Source: the human T2T-CHM13v2.0 reference genome, Homo sapiens. Taken from it: 64,000 nucleotides of DNA. The notes beneath the pieces were generated by a model. That model was not told where the DNA came from. It did not search any database and was given only the letters and a program-made list of their open reading frames with translations. The stretch lies in the NCBI RefSeq assembly GCF_009914755.1, contig NC_060943.1. One strand, given 5' to 3'. Shown in pieces: positions 15,818-28,353 of the stretch; the stretch's first letter is position 1, and each line of letters begins with the position of its first letter. The position numbers and the translations under genes are program-made.

Positions 15818-18800
15818 TTATTCTGGAATGGTGAACCCAGTGGGGAGGATCCTGCAGGCGGACGGCAGTCGGGGACTATAGATGACTAAGTAGGGTCCCG
15901 TCCATCGAGGTTGTAGAGTTTGAGGGGTCAGATTCTTAACAACAACTGATCGTCCAGCTAGGTTGTCTTCATATGGCTGGCGATCTGGAGTAGGTAAGAG
16001 AAGATTAGAAGCCTGGTGAATTTCCTGTCTAGCCTGCTGGAGGACTGGAAGATAGTCACCTAGAGGGCTGGTGTCTGGGATGAGGCTGGGGCCAAGCAAG
16101 AAAGTGCGTCCATATAAAAGTTCAAATGGACTGTACCCTGTAGCATCTCGAGGACAGGCTCTGATTCTGAGAAGAGCAAGAGGTAAAAGTACTGTCCAAT
16201 CTTTTTTAAGTTGGAGGCTGAGCTTGGTGAGGTGTGGCTTTAAAAGACCATTAGTCCGTTCTACCTTTCCTGAAGATTGAGGATGGTAAGGGATATGAAG
16301 TTTCCACTGAATACCAAGAGCCTGAGAAACTGCTTGGGTGATTTGGCTAGTAAAGGCTGGTCCGTTATCAGACTGTATAGAGGTGGGAAGGCCAAACCGA
16401 GGAATTATGTCTGACAGAAGGGAAGAAATGACCGCGGTGGCCTTTCAGACCCTGTGGGGAAGGCCTCTACCCATCCAGTGAAAGTGTCTACCCAGACTAA
16501 GATATTTTAGTTTTCTGACTCGAGGCATGTGAGTAAAGTCAATTTGCCAGTCCTGGGCAGGGGCAAATCCCCGAGCTTGATGTGTAGGGAAGGGAGGGGG
16601 CCTGAACAATCCCTGAGGGGTAGTAGAATAGCAGATGGAACACTGAGAAGTGATCTCCTTGAGGATAGATTTCCATGATGGAAAGGAAATGAGAGGTTCT
16701 AAGAGACGGTCTAGCGGCTTGTAACCTACATGGAAGAGGTTATGAAATGATGACAGAATAGAATGGGCCTGTGAGGCTGGAAGAAGATATTTTCCTTGGT
16801 CTAAGAACCATTTGCCTTGTGTGGGAAGAGATTGATAGGTGGAAGTTTCCGTGGGGGAGTAGGTGGGAGTGACTGAAGCGAAGGAGAAAAACTGGCTGTG
16901 AGGGACAGAAGTTGGAGAGCTAGCTGCTTGTCTAGCCACTTTATCAGCATAAGCATTGCCTAGAGCAATGGGATCTGATGCCTTTTGATGCCCCTTGCAG
17001 TGAATGACCCCAGCTTCTTTTGGAAGTAAAGTGGTCTTGAGCAGAGTTTTTATTAAAGAGGCATTAATGATGGAGGACCCTTGTGTAGTGAGGAAACCTC
17101 TTTCAGCCCATATGACTGCATGGTGCTGCAGAATATGAAAGGCATATTTAGAATCAGTATAGATATTGATGCGTAGTCCTTTTGCAAGAGTGAGGGCTTG
17201 AGTTAAGGTAACTAGTTCGGCTTGCTGAGAGGTAGTGGAGGGAGGCAGAGCGGTAGCCTCAATGATAGATGTGGAAGATACTATAGCATAGCCTGCCTTT
17301 GCTGGTGAGTGGTGATTAGGCCTGGTGGAACTGCCATCAATAAACCAAGTGTGATCAGGGTGAGAAACAGGGAAGAAGGAAATTTGGGGAAATGTGAATG
17401 TCAGGTGGATCAGAGAGATGCAGTCATGAGGGTCAGGTGTGGTATCCGGAATAATGTGGGAGGCCGCATTTAAGTCCAGGCCAGGAACAATGGTAATTGT
17501 GGGAGACTCAACAAAGAGTGAGTATAGCAGAAGGAGCCGGGGAGCAGAAAGTATATGTGTCAGGTGTGAGGAAGAAAATAGATTTTGGAAATTATGAGAG
17601 CTGTAGAGAGTGAGTTGAGCATAGTTTGTGATTTTGAGGGCCTCTACAAGTATTAGGGCAGCAGCAGCGGCTGCACGGAGACATGATGGCCAGCCTAAAA
17701 CAGTAAGGTCAAGTTGTTTGGACAAAAAGGCTACAGGATGCGATCCTGGTCCTTGTGTAAGAATTCAGACTGCACAGCCCTGCACTTCGGCTGTGTGTAA
17801 TGAAAAGGGTTGGGATGAGTCAGGGAGAGCTAGAATAGGGGCAGTCTCTAAAGCTGTCTTCAAGGAATGGAAAGAGGAGTGGGGAAAGGATTTAGGATCT
17901 ATGGGGTCAGCTAGGTTTCCTTTTGTGAGTTTATATAATTGTTTTGTTAGGTTGGCAAAACCAGGTATCCAAAGGTGAAAGTATCCAACCATGCCGAGGA
18001 AGGAAAGGAGTTGTTGTTTTGTAGAAGGGATTGGGGTTTGAGAGATTAGTCGGATACGATCGGCAGGGAGAGCATGTGTGTTCTTATGAAGAATTATGCC
18101 GAGGTAGGTAACGGATGGAGAAGAAATTTGAGCTTTGGAGGGGGATACCCGATATCCTTTGGAGAATAAACACTGAAGGAGCAGAAGTGTGTCTTGTTGA
18201 GAAGATTCAAAGGAGGGGCTACAAAGAAGAAGGTCATCAATATATTGAATAAGGTGAGAAGCGGAGGGGTGGAAGGAAAGTAGATCATGAGAAAGAGCTT
18301 GGCTGAAGTAATGAGGGCTGTCCCTGAAACCCTGCGGCAGCACAGCCCAGGTAAGCTGCTGGGACTGATGGGTGTCAGGGTCAGTCCAGGTGAAAGCAAA
18401 GAGAGGCTGGGACGAGGGGTGCAGGGGAATAGTGAAAAAAGCATCTTTAAGATCAAGTATGGAATAGTGAGTTGTGGAGGAAGGTATTGAGGACAAAAGA
18501 GTGTACGGGTTGGGCACCACAGGGTGGATAGGCAAAACAATTTGGTTGATAAGACGCAGATCCTGAACTAATCTGTAAGACTTATCCGGTTTTTGGACAG
18601 GTAAAATGGGGGAATTGTAAGGAGAGTTTATAGGTTTTAGAAGCCCATGCTGTAGCAGGTGAGTGATAACAGGCTTTAATCATTTTAAAGCATGCTGTGG
18701 GATGGAATATTGGTGTTGAGCAGGGTAAGGGTGATTAGGTTTTAATGGGATGGTAATGGGCATGTGATCGGTTGCCAGGGAAGGAGTAGAGATGTCCCAT

Positions 18801-19222
18801 ACTTGTGGGCTAAGGTGGGGGGATATGAGAGGAAGATGCGAAGGAGGCTTTTGGTTGGGGAGAAGGGCGGCAATGAGATGTGGCTGTAGTCCAGGAACAG
18901 TCAGGGAAGCAGATAATTTGGTTAAAATATCTTGGCCTAATAAGGGAACTGGGCAGGTGGGGATAACTAAAAAAGAGTGCATAAAAGAGTGTTGTCCAAG
19001 TTGGCACCAGAGTGGGGGAGTTTTCAGGGGTTTTGAAGCTTGGCCGTCAATACTCACAACAGTTATGGGGGCAAGGAAAACAGGCCCTTGAAAAGAAGGC
19101 AATGTGGAGTGGGTAGCCCCCGTATCGATTAAACAGGGGATGGACTTACCCTCCACTGTGAGAGTTACCCAAAGCTCGGCGTCCATGATGGTCCAGGGGG
19201 CTTCCGAGGCGATCGGGCAATG
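15818..19222 (-). pseudogene. HERV-H pro-pol (protease, RT, RNase H, integrase), disrupted
   Basis: LIDTGA; LPQGFRDSP and YIDD; FIDGS/YTDSKY RNase H; HHCC and WQIDFT integrase. ORF pieces 18680-19186, 17765-18535 and 16445-17725 share one frame, separated by single TGA stops. Frameshift near 16500. Confidence 0.93.
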
Positions 19223-20820
19223 TCAATCTTCAGTTGCTAAGCCAAGCAGATCTGGGAAGGAGTCAGTCAGAGAGCCTTGGGCTAGAGCTTTAGGGGTTCT
19301 AGGAGTGGCTGCCGGGTGAGCTGGGCAGTCTGATTTGCAGTGAGTCCCTGCACAGATGGGACATGGCTTGGGAGGAATCCCGGGCTGCGGGCATTCCTTG
19401 GCCCAGTGGCCAGATTTCTGGCACTTGAAGCAAGATCCTGATGGAGGAAGTCTTGTAGGAATGCTTGACTGCTGTGGCTTAGGCATTCTGAAGTTCTCCT
19501 ATGCAGGAGGTGTGGCTGGGTTTTGTCTCACAGTAGGGGCAAGTAACTGTAACTCAGAAATGCATTGCCGTCTGGCTGCTTCCTCCCTATTATTGTGCAC
19601 CTTGAAGGTGAGGTTGATTAATTCCTGTTGTGGGGTTTGAGGGCCAGATTCTAATTTTTGAAGTTTTTTTGTAATGTCAGGAGCTGACTGGGTGATAAAA
19701 TGCATATTGAGAATAAGGCGGCCTTCTGGCCCCTCTGGGTCTAGGGCGGTAAAGCGTCTAAGGGTTGCTGCTAAGCGGGCCACGACCTGGGCTGGGTTTT
19801 CATCTTCACCTTGGGTAGTTTCTTTAAGTTTGTCATAATTAACAGCTTTGTAAGCTGCTTTTTTAAGCCCTTCAACTAGGCAGGAAACCATGTAATCTCG
19901 CCTAGCTATACCTGGGGAATTTGCCTGATGGTTCCATTGGGGATCCTCTCGGGGAACTGCTCTAATGCCTTCCTGGAGGTCTGGCTCGTGAAGCCGGCGG
20001 TTATCAGCATGAGATTGGGCTAGAGAAGAAACTCTTTCCCATTCATCTGGGGAGAGGGTAGAAGTCAGGATGACATTTAAGTCACTCCAGGTTAAGTTGT
20101 AGGACAGAGTTAGACATTGGAATTCCTGTGTATATTTAGTGGGGTCTGATGAGAAAGAGCCTAAACATTGACTGATCTGAGAAAGGTCTGATAGAGAAAA
20201 AGGTACATGTACCCTGACTATGCCTTCAGCTCCAGCCACCTCTCTAAGAGGAAATTGTTGGGCAGGTGGGGAAGAGCTAGTCGCGGAACTAAACTGTAAG
20301 CCGGACCGGGTGTGAGGAGGGGAGGTGATAGAAGGATTATAGGGTGGAGGAGTGGAGGCTGAGGAAGAATTGGGACTTAGCTCGGCCTGGCAATGAGCAG
20401 CCTGGGGAGGAGGGGAAAGGTCAGATGGGTCTGTAGAAAAGGAAGACTGGAAAGACTCAGCGATGCTTGGGGTTGGGACTGAGGGGACAGGCGGGAGGGA
20501 AAGAAGGAGGATCTGGGAGGAATCGCATTGGGAACAGAGGCTAGGGAGGGAACGAAGTGTGAAAAATGCCTGGACGTAAGGCACCTCAGACCATTTGCCC
20601 ATTTTTCGACAAAAATTATTTAGGTCTTGTAGGATGAAGAAATCGAAAGTGCCGTTTTCTGGCCATTTAGAGCCACTGTCGATTTGTATTGGGGCCAAGC
20701 AGTGTTGCAGAAGAAAATAAGGCATTTAGGTTTTAGGTCAGGTGTGAGTTGAAGAGGTTTTAAGTTCTTGAGGACACAGGCTAAAGGAGAAGGAGGAATG
20801 GAGGGTGGAAGGTTGCCCAT
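19223..20820 (-). pseudogene. HERV-H gag, disrupted
   Basis: MGNLPPS start at 20820; frameshift near 20680; long open MA/CA segment to TAG at 19499; in-frame zinc knuckle CFKCQKSGHWAKEC. Confidence 0.92.
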
Positions 20821-20914
20821 AGTAAAGGAGGCAAACCAAGAGAAAAGAGAGCATAGAGACACGGAGGGAAGGGGTTCGGAGGTTCTTACCCTCCAGAAAA
20901 GCAGGAAGGGGGGT

Positions 20915-21245
20915 CAGGGCATGGAAATAAGGGATTGGGGCACAGAGATAAGAGGTTGGGCTGCAGAAATAAGGGATTGGGGCACAGATAAGAGGTTGGG
21001 GTGCAGAAATAAGGGATTGGGGCACAGAGATAAGAGATAAGAGATTGGGGCACAGAAATAAGGGATTGGGGGTTCTTGCCCCCTAGAAAAGTGGGACTTG
21101 CCGCTAAGGGTGAAGGAGAAGGGGTTGAGGGGTTCTTGCCCCTGCCCCAGAAAAGCAGAGAAGGGGTAGAGACAAGGAGAGAAGGGGTTGAGGGGTACTT
21201 GTCCCTTCCCCAGAAAAGCGGGACTTGCCGCTAAGGGTGAAGGAC
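20915..21245 (-). repeat. Tandem repeats in HERV-H 5' leader
   Basis: ~20-bp units (gaaataagggattggggcaca / gataagaggttgggg) and longer ttcttgcccc...gggacttgccgctaagggtgaagga units. Confidence 0.85.
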
Positions 21246-21659
21246 CAAGGCAGGTGTCCCTGTGTGGTCTGACACCCTTGAAACGTGAGTGTATAATCAG
21301 AGAGGCATCCCTGCAATGATTAAACACCAAGGGAAGGCTGCCTTCCCAGTCCGTGACCGGTGCCGGAGTTTTGGGTCCATGGATAAAACGTGTCTCCTTT
21401 GTCTCTACCAGAAAATGAAAGGAATTGAAATTAAGAGAAGGGAGAGATTGAAGTGTGGCGCCAAGATTGGAAGGAGAAAGAGGTTGAGGGATAGTGAGGG
21501 AGGTTGGAGAAGAGAGTAAAAAGAGGCCGCTTACCGGATTTGAAATTGGTGAGATGTTTCTTGGGCTGGTCGGTCTGAGGACCTGAGGTCATAGGTGAAT
21601 CTTTCTCATGGAGCAAAGAACAGAGGACAGGGGATTGATCTCCCAAGGGAGGTCCCCTG

Positions 21660-21677
21660 ATCCGAATCATGGCACCA
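21660..21677 (-). other. Primer-binding site, tRNA-His
   Basis: TGGTGCCATGATTCGGAT, two mismatches to TGGTGCCGTGACTCGGAT, next to the 5' LTR. Major splice donor CG|GTAAG at 21534. Confidence 0.9.
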
Positions 21678-21679
21678 AA

Positions 21680-22127
21680 TTTCATGCATGTCCGTGTGAA
21701 GAGACCACCAAACAGGCTTTGTGTGAGCAATAAAGCTTTTAATCACCTGAGTGCAGGTGGGCTGATTCCGAAAAGAGAGTCAGCGAAGGGAGATAAGGGT
21801 GGGGCCATTTTATAGGATTTGGGTAGGTAAAGGAAAATTACAGTCAAAGGGGGTTTGTTCTCTGGTGGGCAGGAGTGGGGGTCGCAAGGTGCTCAGTGGG
21901 GGTGCTTTTTGAGCCAGGATGAGCCAGGAAAAGGACTTTCACAAGGTAATGTCATCAGTTAAGGCAAGGACTGGCCATTTACACTTCTGTGGTGGAATGT
22001 CATCAGTTAAGGTGGGGCAGGGCATATTCACTTCTTTTGTGATTCTTCAGTTACTTCAGACCATCTGGGCATATACGTGCAGGTCACAGGGGATGCGATG
22101 GCTTGGCTTGGGCTCAGAGGCCTGACA
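21680..22127 (-). promoter_or_regulatory. HERV-H 5' LTR (LTR7), 448 bp; potential antisense promoter/enhancer
   Basis: TATAAAA near 21810 and ATTAAA at 21738-21743 on the minus strand; ~96% identical to the 3' LTR. Confidence 0.9.
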
Positions 22128-24888
22128 CTAGCAACCAGGAGAAAGCAAGCAGGAGTGCTGTAGCCCCCTGCCAGAGTGTACAGAGCCACTGCTCTAAGTA
22201 GCCAAAATGATAGAACCCTATTTAACCTTTTTTGTAGCAGAGTGAAACCCTACCTTCAGCAGGCACTTGGCTTCAAGCAGCTAAACCACCTCCTGTTATG
22301 AAGATGGGAAATGTTTATTTGTCATTGAATATGAGCAATTAGCATACACACATGGCCTCGTCAATCTCCAGGTGAATTTAGGATGAACTATATATGACGT
22401 GGTGCTGGAAATTCTTCTACTTGTGGACTAATTATGGTGACCATCTTTCTATCTTTGCAGTCACTTAAGCAGATTGACTATGATGCATGTCACACTTAAT
22501 TGTGTAATAAAACAGTTTTCTTTCTGTACTATTATTGTGGCATTTCTCTGGGGCTGGAGACATGTTTTCTTTATTGTTTCCAAATACTGTCTAGAATTAC
22601 CAGACATGATATAAACACATAAGGTGCCAATGAGAATTTACTCTAGAGGGGACTTTTCCTCTCAGGCTTCCAGTTGACTGACACTTGTGCAGCACAGTGC
22701 ACGCTGTCCCCTAAAGATGCAGGCAGAATTGTGTCTCAGCCTATTTATTAATCTATAGTCATCTACAGTCACTTCTAGAGAGGCTAGATCAGATTTCTAT
22801 AAATTTCACAGGGCAGCAATCAGTTATTTTACCTCTTTGACTCTTGTATTTTCAGACCTGAAACGGATTCAGAGACCATGGGGCCCACAAACCCAATTAG
22901 AGTAACGTGTGCATTGAGTAGACATGTAGATAAGAGATTCTCCACTTTCTTCTTTCTACTCTGCTAAAATGCTCACAAATGTGCTATAAACATGCTGCCA
23001 CTCCATCCATTCTTGCCCTAAATCTGCAGCTCCATATTTTGAATCCAGGTCTTGAGATTTGGGAAATAAAAAACTTTATCTGAAAAGTGCAAGTACTTTT
23101 TCTCCCTTTGAACTATGTATTCAAATGTATGTATCTGTTGAAACTGTTCACAATTGCCACAAGTAGTTATAAATTAAACTAATGCCACATTGGACACTAT
23201 ATCCCATACCCTAAACCATAACAATATATATCTAATCAATAATCAATGTTATTTCTGTAAACAAATATAAATTTCTGATAAACAACTTTGTGTCAGCCCA
23301 CTCTGTGTTTCTCTTATTGTCTTTACAAATCTTCTTGTAACTGCTGCTAATCAAAGTGTAGATTTCAGGCAACTTGAATATTTGCTCCCAGGTTATAATC
23401 CATAAACTTGACCCAAATAAGCTGTCTACTTATATTCACGTTGTGTCAGCTTTTTGTTTTTTTCATGTAGACTTATCATTTAGAATGTGCTAGAACAGCC
23501 TCTATTAGGGGATCTCTTCACCAAAGGATGCAAAGCCAGGTGGATCCTACCTAGAATCTGTAGATAAGGTCTGTCCTCTGCCAGGAATTTACAAAAAAGG
23601 GTGGGAGTTTGGATAAAGAATGTACAGAAAACTAACAAAAGGCATTTTCTGTATTGTGAGATGTCAGCAAAGACAGCTTACAGCCCCCATTTGGGAGTGT
23701 GGCATTTTGAGATTTTCACATCTTGTTCATTGACCTGCTACAGTGATGTGAGAGGCTCCAGGAGGAACTAGCATCTGATGGCAGAATCTGTAAATGTAAA
23801 TAAGCATCTTAGGAGTGAGAGATCAAGGCCACAAAATATCCAGAGCCATGACCACAACTATATTTACCTGTAAAATGTGATACTGGAGTAGAGTATTTTT
23901 GTTCTTTCTCTTATCCAAGAGCTAGCAAATCAGGACAGGAGATCCAGGTTCTGGAGCTCCACCAAGGCAGTTCCATTTTCTATTCAGAATCAGCCTCAGT
24001 TCCTCCAGCCTGGCTTATCATTGGGCCATGAGCCCAGGGTCACTGAGAATTCTGTCACAATCATCTAGATGTCTTTGAGGCATTGGAGGATGTCAGAGCA
24101 GAATTGTGTCAGGCTGACAAGAATGGTTTTTTCTTCTGTCTCAGTGTAAGAGAAACGAGTCATCCTGTGTTTGTTCCTCCTGTCATACAAGAGGTGTCTT
24201 TGGTACCCAGATGAGAGTTTCTCCAGTTTCCTGGTACTTGGATGATAAACACGGAGATCTGGAGACCCAAATAGATAAGCTAGTTGCTTCCATTTCATAT
24301 GGCCATTAAAAAAAATACATGAAGCAGTCATGGTTCCAACAATCCAGAAACTTTTAGTCTAGACTAGCAACTGGATAAATAATTGAATTATGCAACATAT
24401 GGTTGGTACAACAAATACACGTGTCCAAAATACTGGGCTTTATTTAGGCCACTTTCTTTATGTTGTTGTGACTTCTGATGTCTACACCCGAAGGGCTATT
24501 TATGAACAGAAGAAATATTATTATGCTTTTTTTTTTTGAGATGGTGTCTCACTGTGTCACCCAGACTGGAATTCAGTGGCATGATTTCAGCTCACTGAAA
24601 CCTCTGCCACCAGGGTTCAAGCGATTCTCTTCCTTCAGCATCCTGAGTAGCTGGGATTACAGATGCCTGCCACTGCACACGTTTGAGCAGACCAATTATG
24701 AGGCAATTCTCCTAACTCTGCTTCCAGAAGAGTCTCCCTATCAATTACTGAATACCCATTGTGGTTTTTTCCCTCAATCACATGGGAGGAACGGTCTATC
24801 ATCCTGTCCTGAAGGGAGTTCCTCCTAGGTCAGCTCAGACTTTTGTATGGTAATGAAGATTTAAATCCCCTGTTAGGAAACCTGCTGG

Positions 24889-26043
24889 ACACTGGTGTGG
24901 CCTTCTTAGCCTTACTCTTTTGTCTTGGACAACTGTCCTCCAGATCTGTCACTATCTGAGGCGTCCCACGACAGGCAGTCACTAGATACTTCTCCCAGCC
25001 ACTAAGTTGTGACTGGAGAACTTTGCTGTCTTCACATGCTTTTCTAATTATGCCTGAAAGCCCAAATCCTTTGTTAGGGAGAGACATCCTAGCAAAAGCA
25101 GGGGCCATTGTACACTAGAATTAGGAGAAGGAAAAAGGGTAAATATATATACAGACTCTAAGTATGCTTACTTAGTCCTCCATGCCCATGCAGCAATATA
25201 GAGAGAAGGGGAATTCCTAACTTCCAAGGGAACACCTATCAAACATCAGGAAGCCATTAGGAGAGTATTATTGGCTGTACAGAAACCTAAAGAGGTGGCA
25301 GTCTTATACTGCTGGGGTCATCAGAAAGGAAATGAAAAGGAAATAGAAGTGAACCGCCAAGCGGATACTGAAGCCAAAAGAGCTGCAAGGTGGGACCCTC
25401 TATTAGAAATGATTATAGAAAGACCCCTAGTATGGGGTAATCCCCTCCAGGAAACCAAGCCCCAGTACTCAGCAGAAGAGATAGAATGGGGAACCTCAGG
25501 AGGACATAGTTTCCTCCCCTCAGGATGGCTAGCCACCAAAGAAGGAAAAATACTTTTGCCTGCAGCTAACCAATGGAAATTACTTAAAACCCTTCACCAA
25601 ACCTTTTACTTAGGCATTGATAGCACCCATCAGATAGCCAAATCATTATTTACTGGACCAAGCCTTTTCAAAACTATCAAGCAGATAGTCAGGGCCTGTA
25701 AAGTGTGCCAAAAAAATAATCCCCTGCACTGCAGGCCATACATTTCAATCCCTGTATCATTAACCTCCTTGTTAAGTTTGTCTCTTCCAGAAGCAAAGCT
25801 GTAAAACTAAAAATGTTCTTCAACTGGAGCCTCAGGTGCAGTCCATGACTAAGATCTACCATGGACCCCTGGACTGGCCTGCTAGCCCATGCTCCAATGT
25901 TGATGACATTGAAGGCACCCCTCCCCAGGAAATCTCAACTGCATGACCCCTACTACACCGCAATTCAGCAGGAAGAAGTTAAGAGCAGTCATTGGCCAAC
26001 CTCCCCAACAGCATTTGGGTTTTCCTCTTGAGAGGGGGATGAC
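24889..26043 (+). mobile_element. HERV-W (HERV17) internal remnant: protease to RNase H/IN N-terminus to env tail, with large deletions
   Basis: DTGVAF...PLLGRDILAKAGAI joins LELGEGKRVNIYTDSKY; ORF 25271-25804 covers RH/IN. A syncytin-like tail (GPLDWPASPCSNVDDIEGTPPQEIS) and PPT follow. Confidence 0.88.
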
Positions 26044-26816
26044 TGAGAGACAGGACTAACTGGATTTCCTATGCCTGCTAAGAATTCCTAAGCCTAGCTG
26101 GGGAAGGTGACTGCACCTGCCTTTAAACATGGGACTTGTAACTCAGCTCACATCTGACAAATCAGGTAGTAAAGAGAGCTCACGAAAATACCAATTAGAC
26201 TAAAAACAAGAGGTAAAGAAATAATCAAATCATGTATCACCTGAGAGCAGAGGGGGAGGGACAGTGATTGGGATATAAACCCCAGGCATTTGAGTCGGGA
26301 GTGCACAACCCCCTTTGGATCCCCTCCCATTGTATGGGAGTTCTGTTTTCACTCTATTAAATCTTGCAACTGCACACTCTTCTGGTCTGTTTGTTACGGC
26401 TCCAGCTGAGCTTTCACTTGCCGTCGACCACTGCTGTTTGCCGCCATCCCAGACCCACTGAAGACTTCCACCCCTCCCCCTCCGGATCCAGCAGGGTGTC
26501 CGCTGTGCTCCTTTGCCACTCCCGATTAGGCTAAAGGCTCGCCATTGTTCCTGCATGGCTAAGTGCTCGGGTTCATCCTAACTGCACTGAACACTAGTCG
26601 CTGGGTTCCACGGTTCTCTTCCATGACCCACGGCTTCTAATAGAATTATAAGACTCACCGCATGGCCCAAGGTTCCATTCCTTGGAATCCATGAGGCCAA
26701 GAACCCCAGGTCAGAGAACAAAGGGCTTGCAGCCATTTTGTGAGCAGCTGCCACCATCTTGGGAGTGGCCTGCCACCATCTTGGGAGCTCTAAGAACAAA
26801 GACCCACCCCTTAACT
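26044..26816 (+). mobile_element. LTR17 (HERV-W 3' LTR, complete U3-R-U5)
   Basis: tgagagacaggactaactggatttcc start, gatataaac TATA, ATTAAA at 26356, gccaccatcttggga repeats near the end. Confidence 0.9.
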
Positions 26817-27390
26817 AAATTGCTGGTGTCTGTGCTAGAAAAGGGCACTTGAGGATGGGAAAGGAGAAACTTTTATTTTTATCTTCATGGAGCAGCTTAT
26901 TGTTTTTGAATCTCTAATTGTTTTTGAATCTCTTCTATTTTAAAGGACATAAATGGGTGGACTTTTTCTGTCTTTGTTTTTCTGCCATTTGTTGTCATGC
27001 TAGGAGGTAGACATGTGGCACTGACACCTTTAAAGGCATATTCTCCAGATGCAGGTGTAATTTCTCCAGAGAATGTCATTTGATAAGGAATTCCAGAGAA
27101 GGAGGAGAAAGAAAAAAAAATGGCTTTTCTTCAGGTAAACATGTCTCAGATGCAGAGCTGTGTCCACTTTGCCTCCTGGACTGCCATGCATTTAGCACTC
27201 AGAAAACTTTACATCTGTACATGTGTTTATCCTCCCTAATGAGTTTGGTTGAACTACTTAAAATTCTTATGGTAGTCAAGGGTCTCTGAAAAATATTTCT
27301 TTCCTATATTCCAGAGCCTTCTCTACATTCTCCATGTCATAGCTTCTTATATGCCATGCAGAATTCTTAGCAAGAATTTATGATCCTCAA

Positions 27391-27980
27391 TGTGGGATAC
27401 AGTAAATTTGTCCTCAAAGGTTTCAGCTTGTTAACTTCCTTTAAAATTGAAGAGGGGAAATTAAGTACAATGAGTTCTGAGGTTCTCTTCAAAGAACCAA
27501 AATGTCAGTATGTTCATCTTTCCTGTTCTTTGTTCTCTATTTTAAAGTTCAACTTCCTCGATCTTAATGTCTCCTTGCTCCTAGTTTCAGTAAACAATCC
27601 CTTCTAACTCATGTATTTAGGGTCGTTAGTCATCCCTAGTCACCTGCTCTGTCCTGAGTCACTCCTACTCACCTGACTTATACCCATCCTTCCTGCTGAC
27701 TATTCATCCCACCACTCTGGCTCTTACCATTGCTCTCTTTAAAATAGCCAATCAGAATTAGCTTAGACTGTGGTCCAACCCTAGCCAATAGCAGAAAGAC
27801 ACAGCAATAGGGACTAGTGGTGTTAGCGATAAGGCCCCCTTCCCCTCCCTTGCCCAAGTGTACTCTTGCCATTGCTCCATCTGTGAGACACACCCTTCTA
27901 TAGAAGTATATTTGCCTTGCTGAGATGTTCTCTTTTTGAGTGCTCATTTTCCCTGAGACTCTGAGCAATTGTTTCCAACA
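27391..27980 (+). mobile_element. LTR10-type solo LTR
   Basis: tgtgggatacag...ccaaca ends, double CCAAT, one TGAGTCA near 27655; absent from the paralogous site near 59725. Confidence 0.8.
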
Positions 27981-28353
27981 TGCAATCTTAAAAATGTTTC
28001 CTTTGTAGCTGTTGAACATGAAAAGATATGGATACTCAAGATTTCTACTGGGGAAAACTGTGGTCCTTAGTTAAGATGGAGAATATGTCATGTTGAGGCT
28101 CCATCTGTGTTCCATTAGCTCTATGCAGAACAGGATTAAGAAAATGCTTATTTAAATGGAATGGCATTTATTACCCAGAAAGTTCTGAAAAAAGTATTAG
28201 GAGATAGCTGCTCTCTAGGGTGCTAAATGACGCCTACTTAAAATTCCTACTAAAAATTACAGAACATAGGAGTTATCTGTACTTTGAAGTTTGTATAAAA
28301 CATGTTCCTTTATGGTTAAATTCATATTTTACTTACTTTTTTTGGGAGGAATA

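Larger units (their letters stand above)
13031..22127 (-). mobile_element. Full-length HERV-H provirus (LTR7-gag-pro-pol-env-LTR7), 9097 bp, antisense to ZNF90
   Basis: Paired LTRs; 5-bp TSD ctagc (13026-13030 / 22128-22132); His-tRNA PBS; PPT; gag, pro, RT, RH, IN and env ORF segments in order. Confidence 0.97.

Noticed and set aside
20915-21245. Repeat array superficially like CRISPR
   Set aside because: No unique spacers; ordinary HERV-H leader tandem repeats in eukaryotic DNA.
13270-22125. Twin ORFs MSQEKDFHKV... at 13270 and 21919
   Set aside because: Antisense translations of the two LTR7 copies.
13031-22127. Replication-competent provirus
   Set aside because: gag and IN frameshifts, three premature stops in gag/pol, and the env stop.
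25740-25985. Syncytin-1-like sequence as a functional env
   Set aside because: Only the frameshifted cytoplasmic tail remains; SU and most of TM are deleted.
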